Positions 36,832 through 51,403 of a DNA stretch of 64,000 bases are shown in pieces. Each line of letters starts with the position of its first letter. Position 1 is the stretch's first letter. Location: NCBI GenBank assembly GCA_030704615.1, contig CM060734.1, positions 13,330,001 to 13,394,000 of the forward strand. Direction: 5' to 3'. The DNA comes from Takakia lepidozioides. Lineage: Eukaryota; Plantae; Bryophyta. Below the pieces are notes generated by a model. The model did not search any database. It was not told the DNA's origin and saw only the letters and a program-made list of their open reading frames with translations. A program made the translations under genes and the position numbers.

Positions 36832-37480
36832 CTAAATTCCAAATTTATCTCGGCAAACAGGGCATTTCAAATATTTTTTCAACCATTTCGTAATGCAATG
36901 TTGGTGGTAGGTATGCATGCACGCTGGCAATTGTATAATGGACTGCTGGTCTTCAATGACCTCCAAACAAACTGCGCATTCCGGCTGATCCGACCTGCAC
37001 GTAGAAGCTTGATACACACTCGACGGCAATCGTGAGCTGATTTCTTCAGACGAAGCACCCTGGTTCCCAAAGCTCTCTTCGGACTCGCTATCACTAGCTC
37101 CAAGTACAGTCCCCGGGCATGGTGGGACTTTCCCGTGGCACTCTAGTTCTGAGGTTCCTCCTTGATGTGGACCGCAATACCTCCTCCATTGCCGAACCAT
37201 AGGCTTTATGCTCCAGTACATGGACTCTTTTGAATGTGCGACAATGATTTAGTAGATCACGTACTGTTGAGAATAGGTTACGTCCACCTCGACCCGGGCA
37301 CAATAAGCACAATTCACCTGGTCTGAAATCTTTGTATCTATCTTATAAATCACGATTTTTGCATAAATATGTCAGAAAATATCGGTCGGCGTGCTCACGA
37401 TCATCTGGATCTCTGTTACGACCCCCTAACCATTTCTTTATTTTAGCTACATGTCTCTTGTTGGCCGTATTATTTGTCAT
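36832..37480 (-). pseudogene. Second copy of the zf-XS-like/RING-H2 ORF, +1 frameshift
   Basis: GTCCCCGGGCAT (about 37109) vs GTCCCCGGCAT in copy 1. Confidence 0.75.
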
Positions 37481-37903
37481 CTTGTATAACAAATATTATA
37501 ATCACCGGTAGGTGATATAGCTCGTTGGCTGTAGAAATTATGTTGGGATGAGAGAATGAAAGAAGAGAAATTTGTAAGGTTCCAGTTCACCGCATGTTCA
37601 CCATCTAACAAGCATGAGTGTTTTCCATAAATGTGTGCGAGCCCTAGCTCGTGATCAATTGAAAGCTATATGTGAATTTGATCTCTTTGTATTGGTTTCA
37701 AGATAGCAAGAGTTTTTTTTTTTGTGATTCCTTCATGGAAAGAGAATGAGCAAGGAAAAACTTATCAACACAAGATTGATTAAGAAACCAGGAGAGAGGC
37801 ACGAAGGCAGTAACCCTTCGGGGTGAAGAGACACCATAATGTACGATTCCTTTTGGAAGCGTCAAATATTATTATAATAATATTTCGCTAGGAAGGTGGA
37901 CAC

Positions 37904-38618
37904 CAGTGTTGGACCGATATATAGGTCTTGGGCGGGTATCAACTAGGGTAAGGGTGGTATGAAGGATCATACCAGGCGGGTACCTACAAGGGCAAAACCC
38001 AGCAATACCCTGGTGGGGTAGGATATATGGACTTCTAAACCCTGGCGCAAAACAGACAAGTCGGGTCTTCTTCCTCGCGCTACCACTCCAATACCATGCA
38101 TGCGTCGGTTGAGGGACATGATGCAGGGGTAGGGTTTAGGGTAGTTTTCATTAGGGATACAAACTACATAGAGCATTTTCAAGAGGGCACTTCAATGAGA
38201 TTTGAGGCAGATTTGACGAGATGCAATGTTAGTTTCTGCTCTTCAAGAGTGGTAGAGAAGAGTTAGGGGCCATTTGGGATATTTTTCAATATTGAAATGG
38301 GCCATTTGAATAGTTGAAATCTTATTGTGATTTAAAAGGCCTCAGTCCCTTTTTTACTTCTATTTTTATTTTTATTTTTATCGCTAGAAAGAACTGCACT
38401 AGTGTAGCTGGTACCAGACCCTGGCACATACCAGGCTGGTATGACTTTTAAAATTTTGTTTAATACCATACCAGTCAGATTTTCACTTTGATACCATACC
38501 AGGCTATTAAATTTACACATCATTTGATACCAGTACCATACTGGTTTCAATAATTCAACTGTACCCCAATACCATTACCCTAGTGGTATCAAAAAACCAT
38601 GATACCAGTCCAACACTG
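37904..38618. mobile_element. hAT-type non-autonomous element (duplicate copy)
   Basis: Same TIRs; perfect 8-bp TSD GTGGACAC (37896-37903 / 38619-38626). Confidence 0.92.
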
Positions 38619-40239
38619 GTGGACACCTTTGTGACACCAAGGGTGGATTGAACCCACAACCACTTCCGATGTCTTTCGCTTCTTAGATCTGCTTCGCTCA
38701 ACATCACCGCAAATGTGTAATGCCTTCCATGAAGATGTGTCAATTACCATTGGGCTACAAATGGGTTGTCGACATGAACGATAGAGAGGTGGCATACCGA
38801 TCCATTTTGGAAATGAAATGAATGTAGTATGACCGTTATAAAACAATTACAGTTTATGAACCATGCTTATTGTGTATCTATCGTATCCACAATGATACGT
38901 TTCAGAAAAATATAATTCCGTCTCTTATGGACTGTTAAAACCTAAAATTTCAAATTGTGATAGTTTCAACTCACAAATGATTTTTTCAAATTTGATTATA
39001 TCGTATTGAGGATCCACGGTGAATGAATGCGTCTAATGAAGAAAGGTTTGTTATTTCAAAAGAATTTATTCGTAAAGGACTTTGTGAAAATAGTTATTTT
39101 TTAGGCTCAAAATAATACATAATTTTTTTTAACTTCACATTTTTGAATGATTGTTTTCATTCCAGATTCCTCATTCTTCAAAGCAAAAGAGGGAGAGTCC
39201 ATTTTATTAATTTTGTTTTGTATCCTATATTTAAAAAATCCATAACGTCCTTTTTTTTTTATGGATTGTGACAATTTCTTAGGGACTTTTTAAAAGTCCA
39301 TAATATCTAGAGATTCCGGTTTTTGGTAATGAGATTTAAAATTATGAAAGTATATGTAGATGAGTCTCCATATTTTAGTCCTTTTTTATTAATTGCATTG
39401 TCATGTAGCTGGAGTACGATAATTTACCACTATTCTATGTCCGGGAAACACAGTGTTGTGATAATAAAATGCATTGTCCTTGATTTCTATTGTCATGTAG
39501 CCCAAAATCCATCTGCAATGTGTTGTCTCTACTATATATTAGCGACCCTAAGATCCAAAAATTTGTTGAAACAATGTATGCACCATCGTCGATAACAACA
39601 AATTAATCAAACAAAAATAAGTAAGAGAATGGAACTGATGCTTGGATCAAGGGCCTATGAGATTATTATACCCTAAATGTCTTGTAATGTCATTGCACTA
39701 ATGAAGGTTTTCGCCAAATCTCCATAGGCTGGATTGTGATGAAAAGCCACGCTGCGCACTTGAAAACTTTGCATTGCCATATCCAGCCTCCAAAGTCGTG
39801 TCTTATGAACATGCCAAAGAAATGGCTCATTTGCGAGCCAGAATGATAACGCGGAGTGATGGCTGAACTGGTGATGTTCCATCACCACACAAAACAGGTC
39901 CCTCCCAACACTACTAAGTTTACAACTGCCACAAGCAGAGAACAAACTCCCAGTGGTAAAGGGCACATACCACCTGGGAAGTGGTTGTGGGTTCAAATCA
40001 CTGGTTGGTGTGTCATTTAGGTGTCCCCCTTTCAGCCGGAAGGCAGTAGCTTTCACTCTGTGGCACCTGTGGAGGGCTCGCTGCTCCAGAACATTCTCGA
40101 GAGACACTCGTTCAACTTCCAGCCTTCTATTATGCATCTACAATGACCTTATCACATAATCTAAGAAAGTGTGGAATAAGTGTTGTGCAGACTGTCAAAA
40201 GCGCCCAGACAAGCGCAGTCTATCAACCCGAACATATTT

Positions 40240-41075
40240 ATTACATTTATTCTAATGATCCCTTATAGCCAATGTAAGGATCTCTTAAATTAGAAAAATA
40301 AAAAAAACTAAATTACTATTTACGTTCGTTGTAAGGATCCCTTATAGCGTTCGAAGGATTTCATAGAGCGAAAAACAAATCGGTCAACCATGACGAAGAA
40401 GATAAACCTTAACATATTTTTTATATTTATTCTAACGATCCCTTAATATCCTTAGAGCCAATGTAAGGATTTATTAGATTGGGAAAATAGAATAAGCTAA
40501 ATTGCTATTTACGTTCGTTCTAAGGACCCCTTAGAGCCGCTCTAAGCCACTCTAAGGATTTCATACAGCGGAAAAACAGAAAAAGCTAAATTGCTATTTA
40601 TATTCGCTCTAAGAATCCTTTAGAGCCGCTCTAGGGGTTTTTTAGAGTGGAAAAACGAAAAAACTAATTTTTTATTTACATTCGATGTAAGTATTACTTA
40701 GAGTAAGAAAATAAAAAAAGATAAATTGCTATTTACATTCGCTCTAAGGATCCCCTAGAGCCGCTCTAAGCCGCTCTAGGATATTCTACAGCGGGGAACA
40801 GAAAAAACTAAATTGCTATTTGTATTTGCTCTAAGGATCCTTCAGAGCCGCTCTAAGGATTTATTAGAGCTGGAAAACAAAAAAAATCTAAATGGCTATT
40901 CACATTTGATCCAAGCATTACTTAGAGCAAGAAAACAGAATAAACTATATTGCTATTTGCGATCACTCTAAGGATCCCTTAGAGCCGCTTTGAGCCGCTC
41001 TAAGGATTTTTTAGAGTGATTAAAAAACCAACACATTCACTCTAAGAGTTTCTTAGAATCAGTCTAAGGATTTTT
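40240..41075. repeat. Hairpin array: CTCTAAGGATCCCTTAGAGCCGCTCTAAG units with A-rich linkers
   Basis: About 11 degenerate units; CTTAGAGC-C-GCTCTAAG core. Confidence 0.85.
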
Positions 41076-42189
41076 TATTGCGTCATTGGATATATCAGAT
41101 TACGATCAATATTATACATGTCATATTTGATGTATACATATGGATATATATACATTATACAATATACGAATATGAACTCCTATATCAGATTGGACTGGTT
41201 TCAGCACTGGTTTTCCAAACAAAAAAAAATTGTATAGGGATTCGAACCCTTATAGCTATCCATTATAGCATACAAAATTATGGCCCAAAGGCCTTAAAGA
41301 TTAACCATAAAGGTTAAAAAAATTGGAGATTTTGAAATATAATAGGATAAACAATTTGATTGAATGGATTTTGAATTTATTGAAAATATGATATAATATA
41401 GTATTATACATTATATATTATATATTGATTTATATTTAAATTATTTAATACATATTATTATTATTATTATTTAAAAGTATTATTCGTTAAATAAATCCGT
41501 TAATATAAATAGTATATTTGAAGTTTTTGAGATGTAATATGATAGATAACTTGATAGATTAGATTTAAATTGGAATGATGAATCTGACATTGAAAGCATG
41601 ATGTAAATTGATAATATATTTACTTTTATAATATATAATATACATAATTATGTTTAAATAAACAAACTTATTATAATTTTAGTTCCTTTAAATAAATTTA
41701 TATAAATAATATAAATATTTAAGATTTTAAATTTGGAATAAGAAAATATAATGATGAGATATAAAGTGATATGAGTAAATAATTATGTAGTAGGTAAAAT
41801 AACACATGATTGTAACTCATAATGATTGATTTATGATAATGGATGGAATGATAATTGACTGGTTGATGGATAGAATCATAGTTGATTTATGTAGCAACGT
41901 CGTTAGATTATAGCTAGATTTAAAAATATATTTACTTATTATTAAATTTATTTATTTAATATACTATAAATATTCGTTCTTCATATACTTATTTATACTA
42001 TATATATGATTCTGATTGTATTTAAATATTTATAATATCTAAGTAGTATATACTATATTGATATCATGCTTGAATATCACATATACTATAGATTATGATG
42101 TAACTTTCAAGTGGCATAATCACAATGTAATGAATTTTGATGATTTCTTGGAAATATAAGATAGTGTTTTTGGTAGTTATCTGATAGTG

Positions 42190-43260
42190 TGTCAAATATG
42201 TTAGAAGAAAATAAAACAAAACGAAACGACAGAGAAAGAACGAAGAGACAAAATGAAGAGAAAGAAAGAAGGGAAAATTTTATTCCGCTGAGCAACTCAC
42301 ACAGAAATACAAAGAACAGAGATAAAAAAAGAAACATAAACAAAGACAGAAAGTGAAAGAAAAAAACAAATTAAGGTTACTTAGAAGAACTAGGAGACAT
42401 TTCTATTTTGACATAAAACCAAAAGCACAAAGAAACATAAACAAACAACAGAAGCAAAAAAGAAAGACAATCGAAGAGGAAAGAAGAAAGTGAAGGAAAA
42501 AACAAATGAAGGCTACTCAGAACTAGAACTAGGAGACAGTTCATTTTGCCACAGAACCGAAAGAACAAAGCAACATAAACAAACAACAAAAGCACAGAAG
42601 AAACACAAACAAAGAGGAAAGAAAACAGAACGAATATAAAGTGAACAACTCACACAAAAATACAGAGAACAGATATCAGAAAGAAACATAAACAAAGAAC
42701 TGAAAGTGAAAGAAAAAAACAAATGAAGGTTACTGAGAAGAGTTCTATTTTGCCACAGAATCGGAAGAATAAAGAAACATAAACAAACAATACAAGCAAA
42801 GAAGAAACACAAATTATGGTAAAGGAGCAGAACTGAGAGACAATTCTGTTCTATACAAAAAGCTTGCTTGCAGAAGAAAGTGAAGGAAATGATCCTCGTT
42901 CTGCATACTTATAGAGTTTTCAAATGATAAAAAAACAACAGAATGAAAGAGAAAAAGGAAGAGAAAGTTCTATTATATCGAAAAACTCACACAGAAAGAC
43001 AAAGAATAGAGATTAGAAAGAAACATAAACAGAGAACCAAAAGTGAAGAACAAAGTCAAATGAAACTGCTGAAAAGAACTAAAAAACATTGCCAAAGAAC
43101 CGAAAGGACAGAGAAACATAAACAAGTAACAGAAACAAAGAAGAAACACAGAAATGAAGATGAAAGAGCAAAACTAAGAGACGGTTTTATTGTCTGCAAA
43201 CAACTTGCGAAAAGAAAGAGAAGAAAATGATCCTCGTTTTCTATACTTATAGGGAAAAAA
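42190..43260. repeat. A-rich degenerate tandem repeat
   Basis: GAAAGTGAARGAAAAAACAAATKAAGGYTACT recurs at about 42349, 42486 and 42702. Confidence 0.65.
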
Positions 43261-43561
43261 ATGAGTTACAGTCTAAAAAGAATGAATGAAAAATAAAAAT
43301 AATTGGATGAAAACAGAATGAAAAGTTGCTATTTATTAACCTTATCCCATACACTTTTTGAATAGGTACTAACTCATGAAGGTTTATTTAAAAATGGATG
43401 TCGGTGCATTACAAATAGCTGTATGAACGTTTATCGAAGACAAAATCTTGTTTTAATTGTAATAAATGGTGTCACCTACAAATTTTGTCGGTACATACCA
43501 ATAAATAGTACATTTGATTCTTAAATGTAATGATCAAAGTTGATATATATATATATATATA

Positions 43562-45330
43562 TTCCCCTTAGGACTCCTTAGGGCCGCCCTAAAGAGTCCT
43601 AAAAGCAATCAAAAATAATAATTTACATCTTTATATTTTCCCCTCTTAGGACTCCTTAGGGCCGCCCTAAGGAGTCATAATGGCAATTATAAATAACAAA
43701 ATACATCTTTCCATTTTTTCCCTCTTATGAGGCTATTATAAATAATAATTTATATCATTCTATTTTCCAACTCTTAGGACTCTTTAGGGGCGCACTAAGA
43801 AGTCCTAAGGGTAATTATAAATAATAATTTACAACTTTCAATTTTCCACTTCTTAGGACTCTTTACGACGGCCCTATGGAGTCCTGAGGGCAATTATAGA
43901 TAATAATTTATATGTTTCTATTTTCCTCTTTTTATAACCCCTTAGGTTGCCGAAACAGGTCTTAATAATAATTTATATATTTTCATTTTCCCTCTCTTAG
44001 GATTCCTTAGGGCCGCCCTAAGGAGTCCTAAGGGAGATCATAAATAATTATTTACATATTTCAATTTTCCCCTTCTTAGCACTCCTTAGGACGGCCCTAA
44101 GGAGTCCTAAGGGTAATTATAAATAATAATTTATATGTTTCTATTTTCCCCCTCTTATAACCTCTGAGGTTGTCTAAACGGGTCTTAAGGGCAATTATTT
44201 ATGTCTTTCCATTTTTCTCATCTTAGGACTCCTTAGGACTGTCCTATGAAGCCCTAAGGGTAATTATAAATAATACTTTATACATTTTTATTTTCCCCTT
44301 TCTTAGGACTCCTTAGGACCGTCATGAGAAGTCCTAAGGGCAATTATAAATAATAATTTATACGTTTCCATTTTCCTCCTCTTATAACCCCTTAGGCTGC
44401 CTAAACGGGTCTTAAGGACAATTATTTATGTCTTTCCATTTTTCTCCTCTTAGGACTGTCCTATCCTAAGAAGCCCTAAGGATAACTATAAATAATAATT
44501 TGTATGTTTTCATTTCTTCCTCTCTTAGGACTCCTTAGGGCAGTCCTAAGAAGTCCTAAAGGCAACTATAGATAATAATTATTTGTTCTATTCTCCCCCT
44601 CTTATAACTCCTTAGGTTGCCTAAACGGGTCTGAAAGGCAAATATTTATATCTTTTCATTTTTCTCCTCTTAGGACTCCTTAGGACTGTCCTATCCTAAG
44701 AAGCCCTAAGGATATCTATAAATAATAATTTATATGTTTTCATTTTTCCCTCTCTTAGGACTCCTTAGGGCAGTCCTAAGAAGTCCTAAAGGCAACTATA
44801 GATAATAATTATATGTTCGATTTTCCCCCTCTTATAACTTCTTAGGTTGCCTAAACGGGTCTTAAGGGCAAATATTTATATCTTTCCATTAGGACTATCC
44901 TAAGAAGTCCTAAGGGTAATTATAAATAATAACGTATATGGTTTTATTTTCCTATAATTTATATATTTCTATTTTCCCCCTCTTAGGACTCCTTAGGGCC
45001 ACCCTAAGGAGTCCGGCAATTATAGATAATAATTTATATATTTCCATTCTCCTCTTCTTATAACCCCTCAGGCTGTCTAAACGGGTCTTAAGGGCAAATA
45101 TTTATGTCTTTCCATTTTTTTCCTCTTAGGACTCCTTAGGACTGTCCTAAGAAGTCCTAAGGGTAATTATAAATAATAATAATATGTATGTCTTCATTTC
45201 CCCCCTCTTAGGACTCGTTAGGGCCACCCTAAGCAGTCCTAAGGGAAATTATAAATACTAATTTACATATTTCCATTCCCCCCCCCCCCTTAGGACTCCC
45301 TAGGGCAATCCTAAGGAGTCCTAAGGGCAG
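43562..45330. repeat. Hairpin array: CTTAGGACTCCTTAGGG-CCG-CCCTAAGGAGTCCTAAG with homologous AT-rich linkers (~70-78-bp period)
   Basis: More than 20 units with consensus 17-bp arms; a second subtype CTTATAACCCCTTAGGTTGCCTAAACGGGTCTTAAG is interspersed. Confidence 0.92.
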
Positions 45331-45358
45331 TTATATATATATATATATATATACTAAC

Positions 45359-45998
45359 CAGTGTTGGACTGGTATGTCCATTTTTTAATACCAAACTAGT
45401 CCTGGTATGAAGGGTCCCACCCCTTTTTCATACCAGGCTAGTATAGGTATCTATATAGGTATGAGCAACTTGGGTATGAATCTGGTATGAGTAGTTGTAC
45501 TTTGGGCTGTATATGAGTATGGTACTGGTATTGCCCTTTCTCTGTAGTGATACTGGGGGGGGTATGAGCACTGGTATGGTATTTCTACAGCTCACCATAC
45601 ATAGAAATAAATGTCATTTAGCACAAAGTTAATTTTAATCCAAGCCGTGAAACACTAGGCAAAGGTAACCCAAAGTAGCACGAAACAGCAAATGAAGTCT
45701 AAATTGCAACATGAAGCCTTGAATTAACCAAATTGTAGTACAGGGCATAATTAGCTGCACTAACACATACTCATACCTACCTCCATTCGCCATGAACTCA
45801 CCGCAATACTGGTATCGAGACCATGCTATTCCTCCATATACCCGGACTGGTATGGTATGTGTGGGGGGAATAATAAAACCATACTCTCCCAGTACGTGTA
45901 TCACATGGGTATCATACCCGACTGGTATGTTCTAAAATATATATATTCATATCTGTATTCCATACCTAGGTTCAACCAGGTATACCAGTCCAACACTG
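45359..45998. mobile_element. hAT-type MITE
   Basis: Perfect 17-bp TIR CAGTGTTGGACTGGTAT; TSD ATACTAAC/GTACTAAC. Confidence 0.9.
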
Positions 45999-47185
45999 GT
46001 ACTAACACGTAAAGGTTTATTTCAAAAAAAGATGTCAGTACATTACAAATGGATGTATAAACGTTTATAAAAAATAAGGTTTTGTTTTAATTATAATAAA
46101 TGATTACAACCTACCAATTTTGTCGGTACATACCAATAAATAGTATATGTGATTCATAAATATAATGACCAAAGTTGATACATTTATTATTTATTATTTT
46201 ATTTATTTTTCTATTTCCCTTAGGAAATATTCTTTTCTTTTAGGGTTTTCAAGTCTCTCATGATCTCGCTTAGCCTCTTCCAACATATCTGTACATCTTC
46301 CGCAGTTTTTGACAATGTTACCTATAGTCTGACTCTCTTAATTAATTACAGCAGAAAGAAAAAAATAGATTTAAATACTTAGAATCAGATTGTTACATGT
46401 CCGATCTTTAGATGTTTAGAAAATGAAAGTGAGACTGAATGTTGTGATAGATCTTTGAATATATATATATATATATAGCATACTTGATTGTTACATAGTT
46501 AAGAGCATTGTGTAGTTACAAGTGACTGGTTGTATAAAAGTTAAATTTTTGAATAAAGTTTTATTATTTTTAATAGTAAATATGTGTTGATTTGATTCGT
46601 ACAATAATATAACTTTTAATGATTCTAATAAATTTAGGTTATGACTAAAAAGATAAATACTAAAAATAACTTAAAAAAGATTAAAATATAAAGATAAACT
46701 ATTAAATCTTTTATTGCTATATGCAACTGGTTCTTCCACTTAAGTCTAGAAATGGTCTGGCATCCTTCTATCCTTATTTGCTGTAATTTTTTACTTTAAA
46801 AATGATCATCTGTTCCCAAAAGTATAGCACTATCTTGCAACTCTAATATTCCATACATGGTTGTAGGATTAAGCTAGTAACATTTCTTTCTTCCACTTCA
46901 ACAACAAGATAAATTGACAAAGGAATTGAAAAGCCTCTGCTGCGTAATTCTGTATATGCTTTGCACTCTCATCCTTAGTGCACACATATGGATATTCTTT
47001 TTCTTGGTCAGAAACATTAAAGGTGGGATTGTCTTCATATTCCATATTTTCTTCCTCTCGTGGATGGATAACATTGTCATACCCATTTTCTGGTACATGA
47101 ACATAGTCACATGCTGTCATATCATTTGAGCTTACAATATTTGATAGATCTTCTTCTTCAAATTCTATATGTGATTGAAACGGTA

Positions 47186-47921
47186 AGGTAGAAACACCTA
47201 AAATGGAGCGGTACCCAAAACGGACCCCTAGAAAAATACATAAAACTAACCATATGCCATCTTTAAAAGGTGCTTTGATTAGAAGTGGTCCAAATTAGGT
47301 CATGTGGTGGGCCACAATGGAACTCTAATGAACCCTTTTAACTCATACATGATCATGATGACATCACTTAATGGACAAGTTAATAACCACCGGCGCGCAC
47401 TTTGAGAGCAGTATCAAGTCGAGACGGGAAGAATGAATCCTAACATGTAGGAGATGGGATCACATTCCATGATCAACGATCCCGATTGAGTTTCACCTAG
47501 ATCAACGATCCAGGATTGAGTTTAATCCAAATGGACCTTGAGCTCAGTTTTCTTTAAGGTGGGAGGTTACTTTAAGGTCAATAAATGGTTATGTTAGTTG
47601 ACTGACATGGTCCATGTTACTATGTTGTTTAATCAGTAAAGTGAAAGAGGATGCACACTTTTTGGGCACCTTTGGCTCGAGACAAAGTGCACTTGTTGTT
47701 CAAAATAGTACCCCCTACTGGTCCATTCAAGGTTATTCCATGATTTCACATTGAATATTCACCAATATTACAAAATAATTCGGATTTTTTTATTTTATTT
47801 TTTTATTTTTTTGCATTAAATTTCATTTCTATGTGCCCACATCAGAAAAATATATACGACGACACTGCACACCTGAAACTGCACACATTTCTTAAATGAT
47901 CCATTTTAGGTGTTTCTACCT
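47186..47921. mobile_element. MITE with 22-bp TIR (TA- or TWA-flanked)
   Basis: AGGTAGAAACACCTAAAATGGA ... TCCATTTTAGGTGTTTCTACCT, with TA on both sides. Confidence 0.85.
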
Positions 47922-47923
47922 TA

Positions 47924-48223
47924 GATGAGGCTCTTGTTGCCAATGGATAGTGGTTTTATCATGCTCCTTGCAAGGCTGAAAGGTGGTATACTTTGGGCAG
48001 AAATCAGTACTTGCACATTCTGGATCATGCTCAGGGTTTTCTTGACTTTCTTTAAATTTTCTGACCAAATTTGATTCCCCCCCCCCCCCCCCCCCACAAG
48101 CTCTGGATATGGTTCTCTCTCATGATACTCCACCATATGTATATCCAGATTTGATTTATTGCATCCATTATTTTTCGTGCCAAACGGGATTGGACATCCT
48201 CCATATAAACATTGATATTTCAT
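47924..48223 (-). pseudogene. C2H2-type Zn-finger fragment truncated by the MITE
   Basis: YQCLYGGC...NLDIHMVEYH; context decayed. Confidence 0.35.
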
Positions 48224-49807
48224 TCTGCCCTGGGGTCCTTTATCAACTCCATCATCAACTCGTCATACCTTTTTTCTGTATAGGTGAATAATCTTTTCAA
48301 TCGATCACCTCTATAACGTGGAAACATACGACTATAATATGGAACATCTGTACTAGACATATGAGATACTTGGTTATTCATAGGTCATATCTTTGAGCTA
48401 CTTGAAGATATCATATTGCAAATCCACTTTAACCTGGCTCATATATTGTTTGTCTATGGCTCTCTACATAAAAATCTAGCTTCTTCTCTCCCTCTTGCTA
48501 GAGCTTATACCTATCCCAAGAGAATAATATACATACAATATCAGACATTTCGAATGATAATGAAGATTAATAATGGGATAATGGGATAATGGTGTTTTTT
48601 AAAATTAGAGCAAAAACAACAAGCTCCACCCTTATAAAATAAATTTATGTTTCTATTCCTTCTTTCGTATTCCAAGTTAATGAGTAAAAAGTAGTCAAAT
48701 TGAATCCATTATGATTGATCTCATTACAAAATATATATCTGAAATTATTCAATCCATTTAGAGATTTTCATAAACTTACTACAAATTCTTTTATTTCTGA
48801 AAAAGATGGGATATCTAGTATCTACTAGGGTAGAGCCTGCTACCAGTATCTGAGATAATAAACACTTTTGGAATATTATAGAGGCCCTCTACCCAAAATT
48901 CCCAATGTAAGTGATGTGAGGAATAGTATGCAAGTGAATTATCTGCAAAATGTACACACTAAGTTGTGGTAGTGTTGTACTACAAAAATAATACCTAATA
49001 AATGAAACATGTGAGAGCAAATTGAAACCCTAAAAAATTAGTGGGAGACAAAAAAGAGATCCAAAAGAAAGTTAGCCTAGCTCTCCTTCATACATTTACG
49101 TTAATATTCATCCATTGTGTTTCTATTCATTGGTGAATAAAAAATCTTAATCAGGTATTTCATTAGTCTGTGTGCAATGATATATGCACTTCTGAATACT
49201 CGTCCATGGGTGGGTGATTTTAGATGAACGGAAGGACAATCACACCAACGAACAAATCATGAAAGCTAACATATCAAAGTGCAATAATTTCATTTATTTG
49301 CACCATAATTTCAAAGAATTATGAAATAAATATTACACGTGACAACAGCCGGGAACTACTTTGATGAGTTGATAGCACCGCCAATAGTCTTTTCTCTCTT
49401 CTCCCGTTCTCCAAAGTAGTCTTTTCTCTTCACCGCCAACAGTCTCTTCTCCAATTCTCGGAAGTCTTAATGGAGATGAAGAAGAGTTGAGAGTTTGTAG
49501 TTTCAATTACAAGGAAGAGGCACATATATTGTTTGTTAAGTCGAGGCGGAGGGGCGGAATTCCAGCGTCAATCATGCAACTCGGCTGCACCGGAGGTGAT
49601 TTTATGTGCATGTATTGGATCCTCGTCTTCTTTCCAAAAGGAGTGTATGGGCTTATGACCTCTTTGTATGTACATCGACCTTAGCTTTATCATATAATGA
49701 TTCACTAAAGATATTGAATGCATGGTCAAGCTGTACACAACGATACATTGTTATTCCTCTGAACGTCCAGAATTAACACGTCTTTACCTGGAAAATTTTC
49801 GAACTAC

Positions 49808-51313
49808 AGTAGCCCTAAGCCATGAGGAAGATGGTTGCCACAAACCAAGCCTTCTTTCTCACTTAGACTCCCCAAACACGCCACTAAACTCAATGGCAAA
49901 CAACCAAGCCTTGCTGGTTTCCAGCCCTTGTGAACACTCATTCAAGCGTTTTCCTTGGCCATAGCATCTGTCTTAGAGCCTATTCCAGCCCCCTACACCT
50001 GCCACTTCAAGAGCCATGCTTTATCTAGGCTTGAGGTTGAAACCCCACCTCACATATGCCCTACAAGTGCTTTTCTTTCACCCAAGTGGGAACCAGCCCT
50101 AGCCCTTCCATTCTAGCTCTCTCAAACCTGAAAGTACAAGCCTTCAACAGGCTGAACGCATGCTCCACACATGCATTGCTCTCACATAAGGGAAGTCAGC
50201 CCTTCCCTCTTCCTTGCTTGCCCTCCAAGCTTGAAGATGGAAGCTTCAATGGGCTGCATGCATGCTCCACACATGCATCCTCTTCACACAAGAGGTAATA
50301 TCAGCCCCCTATCTTGGCTCCTTGGCTCCTTGATGCTCTCTAAGACAAGACTAAGCACTCCACAGCCTTTGCCAAGCTCCTGAAACCCTAAGGCTTACAT
50401 TTCCAGCCACAAGACACTCCTCTTGTGGTGCAAGAGCTCTTCTTCCAAGCTCTGAAACCCTAGGTACACATTCCATGGCCTTGCCGCACCTCTTAGCTCT
50501 TGTTCCAGCCCTGCTCTTGCCATGACAAGAGCCCTCTCAATGCTGAAGCTCGAGATTGAAACCCAATCTCAACATACTCCACAAAGTGCATTGATTTGCA
50601 AATCAGCCCTTTCGCTTGGTCTTGCAATCCTTCACACAATGAAAGCTCGCATTCCCAAGTCCAGTTCTCAGCTTTGCCACCAACGCCACTATAACATGCT
50701 CTTGACTGATCCTCTTCCCAATCGTGCTTGCTCATGCATGTACACAATCTGAAACCATCAAGGTGCTCTGGAATTACCTGCAGCATGGTGCTTTCATCTC
50801 TGAAGCTGAAGATCAAATGCCAAGGTCTACCACCTCGTAACCCACATCGCCTCCGCTTCTAACAACCAAGAGCTCCACGGTGCTCCTTGCATAACAACCT
50901 GGTTTCTCTCATTCTCAAGCAAAAACCACAAGTGTTACAACTAACTCGTATCTGGCACTTACAAATACGAGCTCATCTTTCTCGAGTGATAAAGAAGAAG
51001 AATACAAGCACAAGCTCATGTGAGCTCACAAAGCTGAAGCATAAACTCATGCATATATAACCTCATCACTCAAATACAAGTCAAGCCAAGTGCACCCCAC
51101 GCCATGGGGAATCCACACTACGGCGCCATAGCTAGGCGCGGTGAGGCTCAACTCGAGAAAGATGAGCCTCCCGCGCTTGCCGTGAAGATAACCACTTCAG
51201 GGCCTAAATCTGCCTTGATCCCTGGATTGACACTTGGGCCAATCCCAAATGTCAATATGTAAAAGCTAGCTATTTCCTAGCTAGTTTCACACTAGTGGTA
51301 AAATAACTTGACA
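49808..51313 (-). mobile_element. 5' end fragment (A repeat plus leader) of the DNMT-gypsy
   Basis: Homologous to 61917-63614; begins TGTCAAG at 51313; the flank reads ...AAATGCAATA on the minus strand. Confidence 0.92.
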
Positions 51314-51403
51314 TATTGCATTTAGGTAAAATGTTGGTTTGATAAAGTAGGAAACAAAATGTACCTAACATGTTTATCCGGCCACTATCCGGCCACTAAC
51401 ACT

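Larger units (their letters stand above)
33019..40224. repeat. Tandem duplication of a ~3.6-kb unit (33019-36619 and 36719-40224); a hAT-like TAGTGTT end is at 36641
   Basis: Near-identical copies about 3700 bp apart; copy 2 lacks ~110 bp near 39860. Confidence 0.95.

Noticed and set aside
42107-43230. Phe/Leu-rich and Lys-rich ORFs
   Set aside because: Low-complexity A-rich repeat translations
43562-45330. CRISPR-like look (palindromic repeat plus ~35-bp spacer)
   Set aside because: Spacers are homologous to each other, repeats are degenerate, no cas genes are present and the context is eukaryotic
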